DNA of 64,000 nt from an uncultured Planctomycetaceae bacterium (GCA_963815195.1 CAWFGE010000019.1:1-64000); one strand, 5' to 3'; positions 28,749-39,656 are shown, numbered from the stretch's first letter. The notes: generated by a model not told the origin, from the sequence alone. Numbers and translations are program-made.

Positions 28749-28825
28749 ACCCTCAAGTGTACCGCGGCTCCAGTGGAGCAAGCCCGTTCGCTTGTCAGGG
28801 ACTGAAAAGTGCGCGTCGCACGGAA

Positions 28826-28857
28826 AAGGGCGTGGCGATCGAAAACGCCACGCCCTT
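28826..28857 (-). terminator. Rho-independent terminator
   Basis: aagggcgtggcg-loop-cgccacgccctt, ending in a T-run on the minus strand. Confidence 0.7.
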
Positions 28858-28911
28858 CGATTTTCATAACAAACAAATCGGCGGGAAATGCAATTCGGTG
28901 GAGGTCAAACG

Positions 28912-30654
28912 TCAGCGGTAGATGTTCAACTGGGCGTTCAATTCGCCGTCGAACGTGCGGTCGAAATTCTTGCGGAGCGGCGCGACGAACGCGGTGGAGA
29001 GCACGACGTTCCGGCCGAGCAGCATATGGCCGCCGACCGTGTAGTTGAGAATATCCACGCGGTTCGCGATGTTGCCCAACTGCGGCGGAGCCAACGGTCC
29101 GATAAAGCTGCCGCCGGTTGATGTGCGGATGGGCGTTTCGGGCACGGTGATGATGTCGGCGTTGTTCAAGGTGCCGGTGTAGTGGAGTTCCATCAGCCCG
29201 GCGAGTCCGGTCACGCCTTTCGTCTTGTGCAGATTCCGGTAAAACCAATACCCGCCGCCGGCATCGAGATGCAACAGCGTCTGGGCGCGGATTGTTCCGG
29301 AAGCCGAGTTGGTGTACTGCACGGGATTGCCTAGCGCCGGGTTGGCAAGGGCGCTCAAGTCCACATCGCGTTCGCTGAACGACCAGTTGCTGGAATTCAG
29401 CGGCACTTCCACCTGCGCGAAGGCGTTGACGAAGCTGCGGTAAGTCGGCGCGGCGGCCAAGGCGAGATAAGGCGAAAGCGCCCAGGTTTGGTTTCTCACG
29501 ATGAAATGCCGCGTGCGTTGGTCGTAGGCGAATTGGTTGCTCGCCGAACTCGGGTTGGAAAGGATCCGATCGTTCGGATCGAAGGGATCATCGTTCGAGT
29601 AATCCACAACCCGCGCGTTGAGGTCCGCCCCGGTGGGAATCGTCACGCCCAGGCCCGACGAAAGCAGCCAGTTTTGCGTGGGATCCCGCAACATGACCGC
29701 TTTCAAAATCACGTTCATGTCCTGCATTTCGAGGTCGGCGTTCCCCAAGGTCCCGCCCGGCGAAGGCTGCACCAAAGGCACCGTGCCGGGAACATCTTGC
29801 AGGAGCACGCCTGACACAAGGTTCAGGCTCGAGTCCAACGTCCGCGCAAAGGGTGCGCGCACTTCGACCGAAGCCATGTTGTTTAAGAATGTCTTTTCCA
29901 AGGCGAACGTAAACAGTTCGACGTTGTATTGCTTCGTGCCGGGCTGCACTTGATGGAACTGGTGAATCGGCGAAGTGGGCGTTTGCCGAATTTTTGCTCC
30001 CAACTCCGGCGAGAAGTCGAGGCCCTGCACCTTGAGGGCGTTCTTGAAATAGTTGTATCGGAAGGAAACCCGGTCGCGGGGCACGGCGCTGTTGTTCTCG
30101 GCGACTTTGGAATTGCGGAACGTCACCGCGCCCGAAGTGTTCGCCACCGCGAAGTCGCCCGCTTGCAGATAGCTGAACGACACGCTGCGGTAAGACCTGA
30201 GCAAATCGCCGATCATGTTCGGAGCCGAGCTGAAGGCGACATCAGGCGATCCAAAGCCCGCTTGAGGAGCCGTTAGCGAGACGTCCGGCGTCTGGGACAT
30301 GTCGAAATTCGTGTCCATCGGCGGAGGCGTTTCCTGCGGCGTCTCCGGAGTGGGGACGGGCGGCGTCTCCGTCGGCTTCGATTCCGGAGGCGGCGGAACC
30401 TCGCCGGGCTTCGTTGTTTCCCGAGGCATCGTCATCATCGGCGGAGTCCAAGGCGTCCCTTGCGGAGGGTGGGAAGGCCACGGCCAAACTCCCGGCGGCT
30501 GGGCCGACTGGCAGGGGCCTTGGAGCATCTGTGCGGGGCCGCCTTCCTGGGTCGCGGCACACGGCGGTCGGGACTGTTGTGCGTTCGCGCTCAGCCCCGG
30601 CATCCCGGCGGCCAGCATCACGGCAATCATGCCGCGCGTCCAAATCGAGGGCAT
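28912..30654 (-). CDS. Secreted protein with Pro-rich N-terminus and probable outer-membrane beta-barrel
   Basis: Signal peptide; KVAENNSAVPRDRVSFRYNYF; amphipathic beta pattern to the C-terminus. Confidence 0.7.
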   Translation of the reverse strand: MPSIWTRGMIAVMLAAGMPGLSANAQQSRPPCAATQEGGPAQMLQGPCQSAQPPGVWPWPSHPPQGTPWTPPMMTMPRETTKPGEVPPPPESKPTETPPVPTPETPQETPPPMDTNFDMSQTPDVSLTAPQAGFGSPDVAFSSAPNMIGDLLRSYRSVSFSYLQAGDFAVANTSGAVTFRNSKVAENNSAVPRDRVSFRYNYFKNALKVQGLDFSPELGAKIRQTPTSPIHQFHQVQPGTKQYNVELFTFALEKTFLNNMASVEVRAPFARTLDSSLNLVSGVLLQDVPGTVPLVQPSPGGTLGNADLEMQDMNVILKAVMLRDPTQNWLLSSGLGVTIPTGADLNARVVDYSNDDPFDPNDRILSNPSSASNQFAYDQRTRHFIVRNQTWALSPYLALAAAPTYRSFVNAFAQVEVPLNSSNWSFSERDVDLSALANPALGNPVQYTNSASGTIRAQTLLHLDAGGGYWFYRNLHKTKGVTGLAGLMELHYTGTLNNADIITVPETPIRTSTGGSFIGPLAPPQLGNIANRVDILNYTVGGHMLLGRNVVLSTAFVAPLRKNFDRTFDGELNAQLNIYR

Positions 30655-31209
30655 TGAGTTTCCTCCATGAATTTCCCATGCAATTTCACACCCTCCAATC
30701 CCGCCAGAAGTCCAAATTCGGCGTGAAAGGCATGACTGCAGTTATCGGCACGACCCGCACAATCAGACAACCGATTCCCTCCGGCAAATCCCCACTCCTC
30801 GTCAATCGTACCCCCGCACGTCCGGTCTCTCCGGTCGCGCAAACTGCGCGGCCTTTTGGAAGATTTAACGATTGTGCCGGTTCGCCGCCGCCGGCAAATC
30901 GTGCCTGCCTCCCGCCCGGACAAATCCTTCCGAAACTTCGTCTAAAATCGCACCTTTCACTAACAGGCCGGAAAAACATCTCGAATGACGCCAGACTGTG
31001 CCGGTTCTGCCGATTGTGCCGACAACGTCGCCCGTGGAAACCGCGGAATCCTTGACGATCGGGACACCGACGCCCGCAAAGTTTTTGACGGAGGGCATTT
31101 TCTAAGATATACAACTTCAGACGGTCCAATCTGAAGGAATATACATTCCTCCCTTGGCAATCCCGCTTGGCTCTAAAAGCGCATCCCCCGCGTTTTGGGA
31201 GTGACTTTG

Positions 31210-33259
31210 ATGGTGCAAATCACCGAACGCCCCGGCTCCTCCACGGAGAACGGAATCGACGAGACGCGACTGGTCCTGGAACCGGTCGGGCAACATTCAC
31301 CAACGCCGGTCTTGCTGACCCGGGGCCGGTACACGCTGGGATCGGCCGAGGATTGCACGATCCGGCTGGAGGCGGCGGGTGTGGAGCCTTATCACTGCGT
31401 GATCGACTCCAGTCCTGAAGGCGTCGTTCTGTCCGCGGACTGTTCGCGGACCTGGCACAACAAATCACGGGTCCGAGAAACGGCCCTCCAGCCTGGCGAT
31501 CACCTGGCGATCGGTCCGTTGGAGTTCCGTCTTCGCACCGCCTCGCGGGATGATTTGCTGCGAATCGTTCCCGCCCACTTTTCGCGCGAATCCGCACCGC
31601 CGGTCAACGGCGATTCTTTGTTCAAAACATCCCCGGACGAGGATCTGCGGTCGCTGCTGTCCGGGCTGCGAAAAGCGATTGCGCCCAACAAACCGGCCGG
31701 CCGGCGCGCGGCGGCTCCGCCCGGCGTTCGCGAAGGGCGAATCGGTTGTCGCAACCGTCGCCCAAAATGCATCGCCAGAGACTTCCTCCAAGAAGGCCTC
31801 GTTGGAAATGGAGTTCGCGTTGCTCCGCGAGCAGCGAAGCCGCATGGACCGCCGCGAACGCGAACTCGCCGCCCGCCGCCGCGAGGTGGAGGAACGCGAA
31901 CGCCGACTGCTGTGCCAGGAGGACCTGCACATTTCCGAAGGAGACCTCAGGCAGGTCGAACTCGCCGAGCAGGACGAGGTGTTCGCGATCCTCGCCGGCT
32001 GGCAAAGGCAACTCGAAGTGCAGCAGGCTCGGCTGGAGGAAGAAGATCAACGGCTTACCGTGCGCCTTGCCGAATTGGACGCCCGGCAGAAGAAGCTCGA
32101 TCGGGACCGTGAAGTCTTTGCCGAGCATCAGAAGAAATCCAGCCAAACCGTGCGCCGCGAAGCCGAGCTGAACCGGTTGGCGGCGGATCTCGAAGAACGC
32201 CAGGCATCGCTTGGCCGGGAACTTCGCGCGGCCGAAGAGAAACTCGCGGAACTCGACCGCAAACGAGCCGTGATGGAAAGCCTGGCGGCGGAGCAATCCC
32301 GCGTCCAACAAGATCTTCTCAGCGAGCAGCGGACGTTGTCGGATCGCCGGCGGGAGTTCGAGCAGGAAGACGCCCGAACCGCCAGGCAGTTCCAAGAACT
32401 CAAACAGGAACGTCAGCGGATCGCCGACGAGCAATCCGTCCTGGCCTATGTGCGGGCGTCACACGAAGCCCAGGTCGAGGCGTTCGAGGAACAATGCCGA
32501 AACGAAGCGGCCCGCCACAAGGCCCGGAACGCTGAGATCGAAACCGAAGAAAACGAGCTGACCGAAATCCGCCGTCAACTCGAAGCCGGCGTCGCAGCGT
32601 TTTCGGAAGACCGGGCGGACTGGGATCGCCGCGTTCAGAATCTCGCCCAGGCGGAACGGGATGCCCAATCCGAGCTGATCCGGATCGCCGATGCAGAAAA
32701 CGCCCTCCGCCAGGATCGGCAGGAACTCGAACACAAGCGCCAAGAACTCTTAAGTTGGGAAGCGGAACTCCAAACCGCGGCCGAGGCTCTCAAGGCGTCC
32801 CGCGCCGCATTTGAGGCAGAGCGGGAGCAACACAGCGTCCAAGCGGAATCGCAATCGGAGCAATTCGAGACCCAGCGCGAGTCCATCCAGGCGGACCTCG
32901 ACCAACTCGTCGAGATCCGCCAGGAGCTGAACGCCGTCTCGGAACGGGTGCACGTCGACCGCTTGGAGCTGGCCGCCGAAGCGGACCTCGTAAAGACCCG
33001 GCGGAACGCGCTGGAATCCGCCGAGGCGGAATTGGAAGACCGCATGAACCAGCTCGAGGCGGCGCTCGAGGACTTCGACCTGGAACGCCTGGCCGTCAAC
33101 CGCCGGCAGGAAGAACTCGATCAGATCGCCGACCAAATCCGAGCAGAGCGAATCGTTCTCCAAAAAGAGCAAAAGGAACTCGCCCGGCTTCGCAACGAAC
33201 TCCGCCGGCAATCGGCCGTCGTCCGGCCGTTGGGCGCGGCCAAGGGATTGCAAGATTGA
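31210..33259 (+). CDS. FHA-domain plus long coiled-coil protein (one apparent frameshift near 31720)
   Basis: YTLGSAEDCTIRL...HCVI...LQPGDHLAIGPLEF (FHA-like), then about 480 aa of E/R/Q/L heptads in the next frame. Confidence 0.75.
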
Positions 33260-33318
33260 CGGCCAGGCGCGACAGTACGACATAGGCTCTCGATTCTTTT
33301 CTGCGAGGAGTGGTTCGT

Positions 33319-34419
33319 ATGTTGCGAGACGTCAAGCGGCACATCCGGTTCGCGCGGCCGTTTACTCGGCGAACGCGGCCCGGCGCGGCACCGGGGGTGA
33401 TTCAAAGCCTCCCGGATGCCCCACCCACGGAAATCCGGGCGATCCAATTCGGCCCCGACCAATATTCCGACAAGATTCTCGAATCCCCGGACGAGATCGA
33501 AGTGCTCGTCGGCCAATCGCCCGTCACCTGGGTCAATGTCAACAGGCTCGGCGACGCCGAGACCATCCAACACATCGCGGCCATCTTCGGCTTGCACGCG
33601 CTGGCGGTCGAGGACGTGGTCAACGTGCATCAGCGGGCGAAGCTCGAATCCTACCACGACCATCTGTTTCTCGTCGTCCGCATGCCGTCGTCGAATGCGG
33701 AACTGCATTACGAGCAGGTGAGCCTGTTCATCGGGAAAAACTTTCTGTTGACCTTTCAAGAGGAGCCTGGCGATTGCTGGGACCCCGTCCGCGAACGGCT
33801 AAAAAGAGGCCGGGGGAAAGTCCGCGAGCAAGGCCCGGATTATCTGGCGTATTCCCTGGTGGATGCCGCGTTGGATGCGTATTTCCCCGTGCTCGAAGCC
33901 ATCGGCGAAGAAGTGGACCGCCTGGAAGAACGCGTGTTGTCCCGGGCCGATTCGCATTTGATAACGGAAATCCACAGCGTCCGGAGGGATTTGCTGTTGC
34001 TAAGGCGATCGCTGTGGCCGCACCGGGAAGCCATCAATTCCTTGATCCGCGACGACCATCCGCTGATTACGATGGAGACCCGCCTGTATCTTCGCGACTG
34101 CTACGACCACGCCGTGCAATTGATCGAAGTCAGCGAGATGTACCGCGAGATGTGCTCCGACCTGCGGGACTTTCATTTCTCGCAATTGAGTTGGCGGATG
34201 AACGAAGTCATGAAGGTGCTCACAATCATCGCCACGATGTTCATCCCGCTGAGTTTCATCACCGGGCTTTATGGAATGAATTTCGACCCCAACGTCTCGC
34301 CTTGGAACATGCCCGAGGTGAAATGGTATTTGGGTTACCCGTTTGCCTTGGGTCTGATGCTGTTGACCGCGGGCAGCTTTCTGTACTTCCTCTGGCGCCG
34401 CGGCTGGTTGCGGGACTAG
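33319..34419 (+). CDS. corA: Magnesium/cobalt transporter CorA
   Basis: HALAVEDV..HQRAK, YGMNF, MPE, two C-terminal TM helices. Confidence 0.96.
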   Translation: MLRDVKRHIRFARPFTRRTRPGAAPGVIQSLPDAPPTEIRAIQFGPDQYSDKILESPDEIEVLVGQSPVTWVNVNRLGDAETIQHIAAIFGLHALAVEDVVNVHQRAKLESYHDHLFLVVRMPSSNAELHYEQVSLFIGKNFLLTFQEEPGDCWDPVRERLKRGRGKVREQGPDYLAYSLVDAALDAYFPVLEAIGEEVDRLEERVLSRADSHLITEIHSVRRDLLLLRRSLWPHREAINSLIRDDHPLITMETRLYLRDCYDHAVQLIEVSEMYREMCSDLRDFHFSQLSWRMNEVMKVLTIIATMFIPLSFITGLYGMNFDPNVSPWNMPEVKWYLGYPFALGLMLLTAGSFLYFLWRRGWLRD

Positions 34420-34456
34420 CCCCCCCTTTCGTGTTTTTCGTTTGTTTCGTGGTTCC

Positions 34457-35518
34457 CTACCGTTCGGCAGCCAGCTCTTGACGAATCCGCAAACCCACGG
34501 CGGGGTCGAGCATCGCGGCCGTGGCGATGTGGACCGACTCGGCACCGGCTTTCAGATATTCGCGGACGTGCTCCGCGGCCCTGGCCCCGCCCACACCGAT
34601 GATGCGGGTTTTAAGGCCGCGATCGGCAATCAATCGGGCAAATATGGCCGCTTGCGCAATGGACGCTTCGCGGGTCGCCTCGCCGCAGATGCCCCGCTTC
34701 TGGCCATCGAATAGTAGATTTTTCGTCGCCGGGTCTTTAACGGTCGCCGCCACGCTGTTGGTCATCGCCAGGGCATCGACAAAGGGGGCCAGCGCATCGA
34801 GCAGATCGTCCGCGGCCTCGGCGTTTTCCACATGGCCGATCTTCGCGATGTAGGGAACCGACGGAATCGCTTCCCGAACCATGCCCGCGACCACCGCGGC
34901 ATCTCGGGGATTCTGATAAAGCTGCCCGTCGCAGGTGGCGACGTTCGGGCAGGAGAAATTCGTCTCCACACAGTCCGCCCCGCTCTCGGCCGCCCACTTC
35001 GCACACTGGGCATAATCCTCGGCGAGCTGCTCCAAAGTCCAACCCGGCTGAACCGTCCCCACGACCGACACCGAGAGCAGCTTTTCCTTGGGGAGACGCT
35101 TTCGCGTCCATTCCACATCTTTTCGCCAAGAGTCCGGCTCCGCGGAAGGCATCCCGAACGACACCGCCCAACTGCCGGTCGTTTCGTCCGTCATCGGCAA
35201 GGTTTCTTCGGTCCCATGGAGTTGCCCCGTGACCACGGGCTGCAAATTGGGCAGCGGATAGCACGCCCGCCGGCTGCTCCGCGTCGTCTTGTAGGTCAAG
35301 ACATCAAACCCGAGCGAAGCGTAATATAAAATCCATTTCCCATTTAAGAGCGGCCCCGCGGGCATCCCCAACGGCGAACCCACCCGCCGGCCGCAAAACG
35401 TCCACTCCCCCGGCACCTGCGGAACATGAACATGGACTGGCTCCGGCGCGTGGTCGTAATTCCATTGATAGGTTTTTAATGGATCGTAACGCGGAAGTTC
35501 GTCAGGTGAAGTCTGCAT
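34457..35518 (-). CDS. Dihydroorotate dehydrogenase-like FMN oxidoreductase
   Basis: PLGMPAGPLLN, TYKT, ETNFSCPNV, IIGVGG, GAESVHIATA. Confidence 0.8.
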   Translation of the reverse strand: MQTSPDELPRYDPLKTYQWNYDHAPEPVHVHVPQVPGEWTFCGRRVGSPLGMPAGPLLNGKWILYYASLGFDVLTYKTTRSSRRACYPLPNLQPVVTGQLHGTEETLPMTDETTGSWAVSFGMPSAEPDSWRKDVEWTRKRLPKEKLLSVSVVGTVQPGWTLEQLAEDYAQCAKWAAESGADCVETNFSCPNVATCDGQLYQNPRDAAVVAGMVREAIPSVPYIAKIGHVENAEAADDLLDALAPFVDALAMTNSVAATVKDPATKNLLFDGQKRGICGEATREASIAQAAIFARLIADRGLKTRIIGVGGARAAEHVREYLKAGAESVHIATAAMLDPAVGLRIRQELAAER

Positions 35519-35570
35519 TTCATCTTATCCATAATAAATGAACGGCCGGTGAATCCCAACGTGGTTTTTT

Positions 35571-35778
35571 TTTACCGCGTAGCGGTTGCATAACAAAGCC
35601 CAGGGTCGCGCAGCACACCCTGGGTAATCGGAATCACAAAATCCCTTTACGCCGAAGGCGTTACATAACACTTTTGTATAACGCCTTCGGCGTAATCCGA
35701 TGATTTCCAACCGAAACCCAGGGTGGCGCGGCTGCGCCGCTTACCCTGGGCTTTGTGATGTAACGCCTTCGGCGTAAA
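35571..35778. repeat. Composite palindromic REP cluster
   Basis: tacgccgaaggcgtta / taacgccttcggcgta (three copies) and cccagggt...accctggg hairpins (two copies). Confidence 0.85.
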
Positions 35779-35827
35779 GATTTTGTAGCCAATCCTCATT
35801 AAGGATTTGCGCAGGAAACAAATCTTC

Positions 35828-36946
35828 TTATCGTTCAGAATGCCGCAGGATCCGCGATCGTGATCGATCGGTTGAGCGACTCTCACCAAGTTGCACTCCC
35901 GGTGCGGTTTGTTGTCCGGCGGCGAAGACCAACGCCGGGGCGACGACGCTTCCAATCTCGCGGTTGTGATAATAAAACACCCACGCGTGCTCGGTACGGA
36001 TGGCCCAGGTCACGTCCCATTCCGTGAGCCGCGACGCGAGCGGTCCCATCAAGAAGCGGTCGCGGGGCGAAAAGCCGACGCGGCCAAGCGCCTGCTTGCC
36101 GTAGAACGTGCGGATGGGATAGAGATTGAGCGCAAAGTCGGACTGGTTTCGCATGTTGAGCAGCCATTCGGTCACCCACAAAGCCTGCCCGTAGCGCTCG
36201 CCGGGGTTGAGCCAGTTGCGATCCATCGCCGCCGCGACGAGCACCGCCCGGTACGACCGCGTCTCGACGGCTGGGCAACGAAAGTTGCAGCCGGGCACCG
36301 CGCCGCCCGCGAGCAGATGCAAGGTCGAGGCGACCACGCGGGCTCCGAAGCTGTAGCCGAAAAAACTCACCCGGGCGTTGGCGGGAAATTGCGAAACGAG
36401 TTTGGCCAGGTAGCAGCCGTTGAACTCCGCCCGCTCGCCCCGCGCGGTGATGCTGATCGGGGGCAGCGGCGTCTGCTCGTCGTCGCTCGGCCAGGTGTAG
36501 AACACAACCTGCACCGGCAGGCCCTTCGAGCTGGCGCGAATCCATTTCACAATCTCAGGGGCCACGCGGTGCACATCGCGAAAGGACGTCCGGTCGCCGT
36601 GAATCACAAAGCAAACCGGCACATTAAAATTGAGCGACGCCAGAAACGCGGGTTCGGCGATTCGGGTCAAGCGGTTGGCCGCATCGGCGGCGAAGTAATT
36701 CAAGGTGCCCCGCGGGCAGCGGGTTTGCTGACGCTGACAACACGCCCGGCTGCTGGCGATCCAATACTCAGCCCCCGGCAATGCTTGCGGAGCCGACTCG
36801 ACCGCCGGGAATTCCGGCCCATTGCCAGCAGGCGTTTGAGCAAACACGGACCCAGCGGACAGCGCAATCCCCATGCCGAGAACGGCGCGAACCAGTAACG
36901 ATCCGCACCGATCCATCGGTCGTTTTGATTGGGGACGGGTCCACAT
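35828..36946 (-). CDS. Secreted alpha/beta hydrolase (DUF900-like)
   Basis: FVIHG, YTWPS, GYSFG nucleophile elbow, LVAAA. Confidence 0.75.
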   Translation of the reverse strand: MWTRPQSKRPMDRCGSLLVRAVLGMGIALSAGSVFAQTPAGNGPEFPAVESAPQALPGAEYWIASSRACCQRQQTRCPRGTLNYFAADAANRLTRIAEPAFLASLNFNVPVCFVIHGDRTSFRDVHRVAPEIVKWIRASSKGLPVQVVFYTWPSDDEQTPLPPISITARGERAEFNGCYLAKLVSQFPANARVSFFGYSFGARVVASTLHLLAGGAVPGCNFRCPAVETRSYRAVLVAAAMDRNWLNPGERYGQALWVTEWLLNMRNQSDFALNLYPIRTFYGKQALGRVGFSPRDRFLMGPLASRLTEWDVTWAIRTEHAWVFYYHNREIGSVVAPALVFAAGQQTAPGVQLGESRSTDRSRSRILRHSER

Positions 36947-37046
36947 GATCGCCTCCGAGGGGCCGAAGACGGTCGTCCGGCTGACCGAAACGGCTTGCCG
37001 ATCCTGGCAAGTAAGTTTACGTCACCTGATGTAAAAATGACAAAAC

Positions 37047-38027
37047 TTAGAGCAAACTTCGGGTCAGAACATCGCGAGCTTTCTCAAAATACGGTTGCCA
37101 CGGAATCTCCGGATTTTCCTGTTTCAAACAGTCGCGGACTTTGGTCAACGTGTTCCGGGCCATGTGCGGGCAGCGGTTGCAGGCGCAGGTCTCGCCGGTC
37201 GACGCCATGATGCCCGGCACCGGCACGAAGCTGTGCTGCGGAGCCGCTTTTTCCAAGGCGTGGATCATGTTCGCTTCCGTGGCGACAAGGAACGTCGAAG
37301 GTTCGGAAACCGACGCGACGTACCGCCGCATCTTCTCGGTCCCGCCGATAAAATCGCTGATTTCCAAAATGTTCTGCGGGCATTCGGGATGCGAAATCAC
37401 CTGGCTGCCGGGATGGTTCCGTTTCGCCCGGTTCAAGTCCTGAATGCTGAAGACCTCATGCACCATGCAAGAACCGGGCCACAAAATCATGTCCCGGCCG
37501 GTGACCTCCATCAAATACCGCCCGAGGTGCCGATCCGGCACGAACAAGATTTCCTTGCCTTCTGGAAGTTGTTCGATAATCTCGCGGGCGTTGCCGCTGG
37601 TGACGATCCAATCGCACAGGCTTTTGACCGCGGCGGAGGTGTTGATGTAAGCGACCGTCAGAAAGTCCCGCCTCTGGTCCCGCAGCGCGGCCTGGTAGCT
37701 CGCCAACTTGTCATACGGGCAGCTTTCCGCGAGGGAGCAGCCGGCGAGCAAATCCGGCAGAAGCACGCGTTTTTCGGGGTTCAAAATCTTCGCCGACTCC
37801 GCCATAAAATGCACGCCGCTGAACACGATCGTGCTCGTCGTCACGCGGGTCGCATCGCGGGCGAGCTGCAAGCTGTCGCCGGCAAAATCGGCGATGTCCT
37901 GAATCTCGCCATCCACGTAATAATGCGCCAGAATGGTGGCGTCCTTTTCCTTTTTGAGGGCCTCGATTTCATCCATGAGGGCCAACGGATCTTCCGCGGT
38001 GTCGAGGGTCAAAAAATCAGTCGCCAT
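37047..38027 (-). CDS. nadA: Quinolinate synthase
   Basis: ILAHYY, GDSL, GVHFMAE, AGCSLA, YINTSA, HPEC, CPHM. Confidence 0.97.
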   Translation of the reverse strand: MATDFLTLDTAEDPLALMDEIEALKKEKDATILAHYYVDGEIQDIADFAGDSLQLARDATRVTTSTIVFSGVHFMAESAKILNPEKRVLLPDLLAGCSLAESCPYDKLASYQAALRDQRRDFLTVAYINTSAAVKSLCDWIVTSGNAREIIEQLPEGKEILFVPDRHLGRYLMEVTGRDMILWPGSCMVHEVFSIQDLNRAKRNHPGSQVISHPECPQNILEISDFIGGTEKMRRYVASVSEPSTFLVATEANMIHALEKAAPQHSFVPVPGIMASTGETCACNRCPHMARNTLTKVRDCLKQENPEIPWQPYFEKARDVLTRSLL

Positions 38028-38080
38028 GATCCGCTCCTCTCACCCGGCCGCTCACGCGGCTCGGATCGCCTATAAAAAAA

Positions 38081-38140
38081 TCAGCCGCAGGGCGCTAGCC
38101 CCGGTTTTTGCGATAACCGGACGCTAGGCGTTCCGGCTGA
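38081..38140. repeat. REP doublet (GAGCGG/CAGCCG...GCTAGC family)
   Basis: tcagccgcagggcgctagccccgg...ccggacgctaggcgttccggctga; similar arms near 10086 and 28135. Confidence 0.75.
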
Positions 38141-38378
38141 TCTGAAAACTCCTGGCCTTCCCATTCCCGGGGCTTCGCGTGAATTTTACACTAAGTTTTC
38201 GCCGCGAACACTGCCATTGTCGCGGGTATGGTGGAGAAATCAACGCAACGCCGCTAAAAAGGGTGTGAGGGCCTGTGCTTAGAGCGATTTTTCCGTCAAG
38301 GTTTGCGCAACGGGTCCCCGCGGTATCGGCTTTTGGACACTTTTTGATCTGCGAATTTCCCTCCGGAGAGACCCCCGC

Positions 38379-39206
38379 ATGAGCGAGCAACCCTTAAGAA
38401 TCCTGGCGATCGGCGCCCACCCCGATGATTGCGATTTGACCGCCGGGGGCGCGGCGGCGCTTTGGAAACAGTCCGGGCACGAGGTGCGGTTTGTGAGCAT
38501 GACCAACGGCGAGTCGGGGCATCATCAAAAATCCGGGAAAGAACTCGCCGACATCCGCCGGCAGGAAGCCGCCAACGCGGGGAAGGTCCTCGGCATTCGT
38601 TATGACGTGCTCGACAACCCCGACGGGGCCCTCACGCCTTCGCTGGAAAACCGCAAACAACTGATCGGGCTGATCCGCGAATACGGTCCCGATCTCGTGC
38701 TGACGCATCGGCCCAACGATTATCATCCCGATCACCGCTACACGTCGCTTTTGGTCTGCGACGCGGCCTACATGGTCACGGTTCCGCCCGTGGTGCCGGA
38801 GGTTCCCGCGCTGCGAAAGAACCCGGTGATCTGCTACATGATGGATAATTTCCAAAGGCCTTATCCGTTTTCGCCGACGGTCGCAGTGGACATCGAGCCG
38901 GTGATCGAAAAGGTGGTCGACATGCTCGACTGCCACAAGTCGCAGTTCTACGAATGGCTGCCTTACAACAAATTCTTCCCGGAGCCTCCGCCGGACGATC
39001 CCGCCGCCCGCCGGGATTGGCTGGGCAAGCATTTTCGCAGCCGCATCGCGCATTACGCGGACAAATATCGGGAGCTGTTGATGTCGACCTACGGCCCCGA
39101 GCGCGGCCCGGCGGTGCGATACATCCAGGCCTTCGAGCCCTGCGAATACGGATCGCCCTTGACCGCGGACGAACGCTGGCGGCTGTTTCCCTTTTTGCCG
39201 CGATAA
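38379..39206 (+). CDS. PIG-L/LmbE-family deacetylase
   Basis: AIGAHPDD, MTNGESG, RRQEA, YHPDH, HKSQF. Confidence 0.92.
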   Translation: MSEQPLRILAIGAHPDDCDLTAGGAAALWKQSGHEVRFVSMTNGESGHHQKSGKELADIRRQEAANAGKVLGIRYDVLDNPDGALTPSLENRKQLIGLIREYGPDLVLTHRPNDYHPDHRYTSLLVCDAAYMVTVPPVVPEVPALRKNPVICYMMDNFQRPYPFSPTVAVDIEPVIEKVVDMLDCHKSQFYEWLPYNKFFPEPPPDDPAARRDWLGKHFRSRIAHYADKYRELLMSTYGPERGPAVRYIQAFEPCEYGSPLTADERWRLFPFLPR

Positions 39207-39270
39207 TGCGGCCCGACGGAACGGAACAAATCCCCCTTCCCGAAAAAATCGAAAAGGCCGAAAATTGGGC

Positions 39271-39298
39271 TTGCCTTTGGTCAACTTTCTGCGATTAT
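39271..39298 (+). promoter_or_regulatory. Putative sigma70 promoter
   Basis: TTGCCT-16 nt-GATTAT with extended TG. Confidence 0.45.
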
Positions 39299-39304
39299 TG
39301 GGAA

Positions 39305-39628
39305 GTCGTTTTCGTGCTGACGCGGCACGAAGGTTGTCAGCCTGTCAGGAGGCCGGATTGGTGAGCCGGTCGAAGCAGGGCGTTTTAACCAAGAAAGGAG
39401 GTGGTCAAGTGGAATACGACTGTAGTAGCCAACAACGAGGTGGTTCCGCCTAACCAGACAGCCGGCGGGTTGTCCTCGAGGCAACCACCGACTCGTAGGA
39501 TCGTCTCTTTTCTTGCGTCCGGTTTGATTCAGCAACCCTGAAATCAGCCGGTCAACAATCGATCCATCACGAGACACAAGCAGAACCCGATGCCCCTTTG
39601 ATGCGGGCATCGGGTTCTGTCTCGTTTT
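39305..39628 (+). ncRNA. Candidate structured RNA / leader with a 14-codon sORF (39409-39453)
   Basis: Between a putative promoter and a strong hairpin; several stem-loops; AGAAAGGAGGTG upstream of GTG; no long credible ORF. Confidence 0.45.
39581..39628 (+). terminator. Strong hairpin / probable terminator
   Basis: cagaacccgatgccc-ctttgatgc-gggcatcgggttctg, then tctcgtttt. Confidence 0.7.
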
Positions 39629-39656
39629 AGAGACCCCGTTTCGTAGCGGCGCGTCC

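Noticed and set aside
39305..39628. tmRNA (frame reading ANNEVV...), RNase P, SRP or 6S RNA; or a 16S rRNA fragment
   Set aside because: No tRNA-like ends, no tag ending in AA-stop, no RNase P or SRP signature seen; similarity to 16S is limited to about 18 nt
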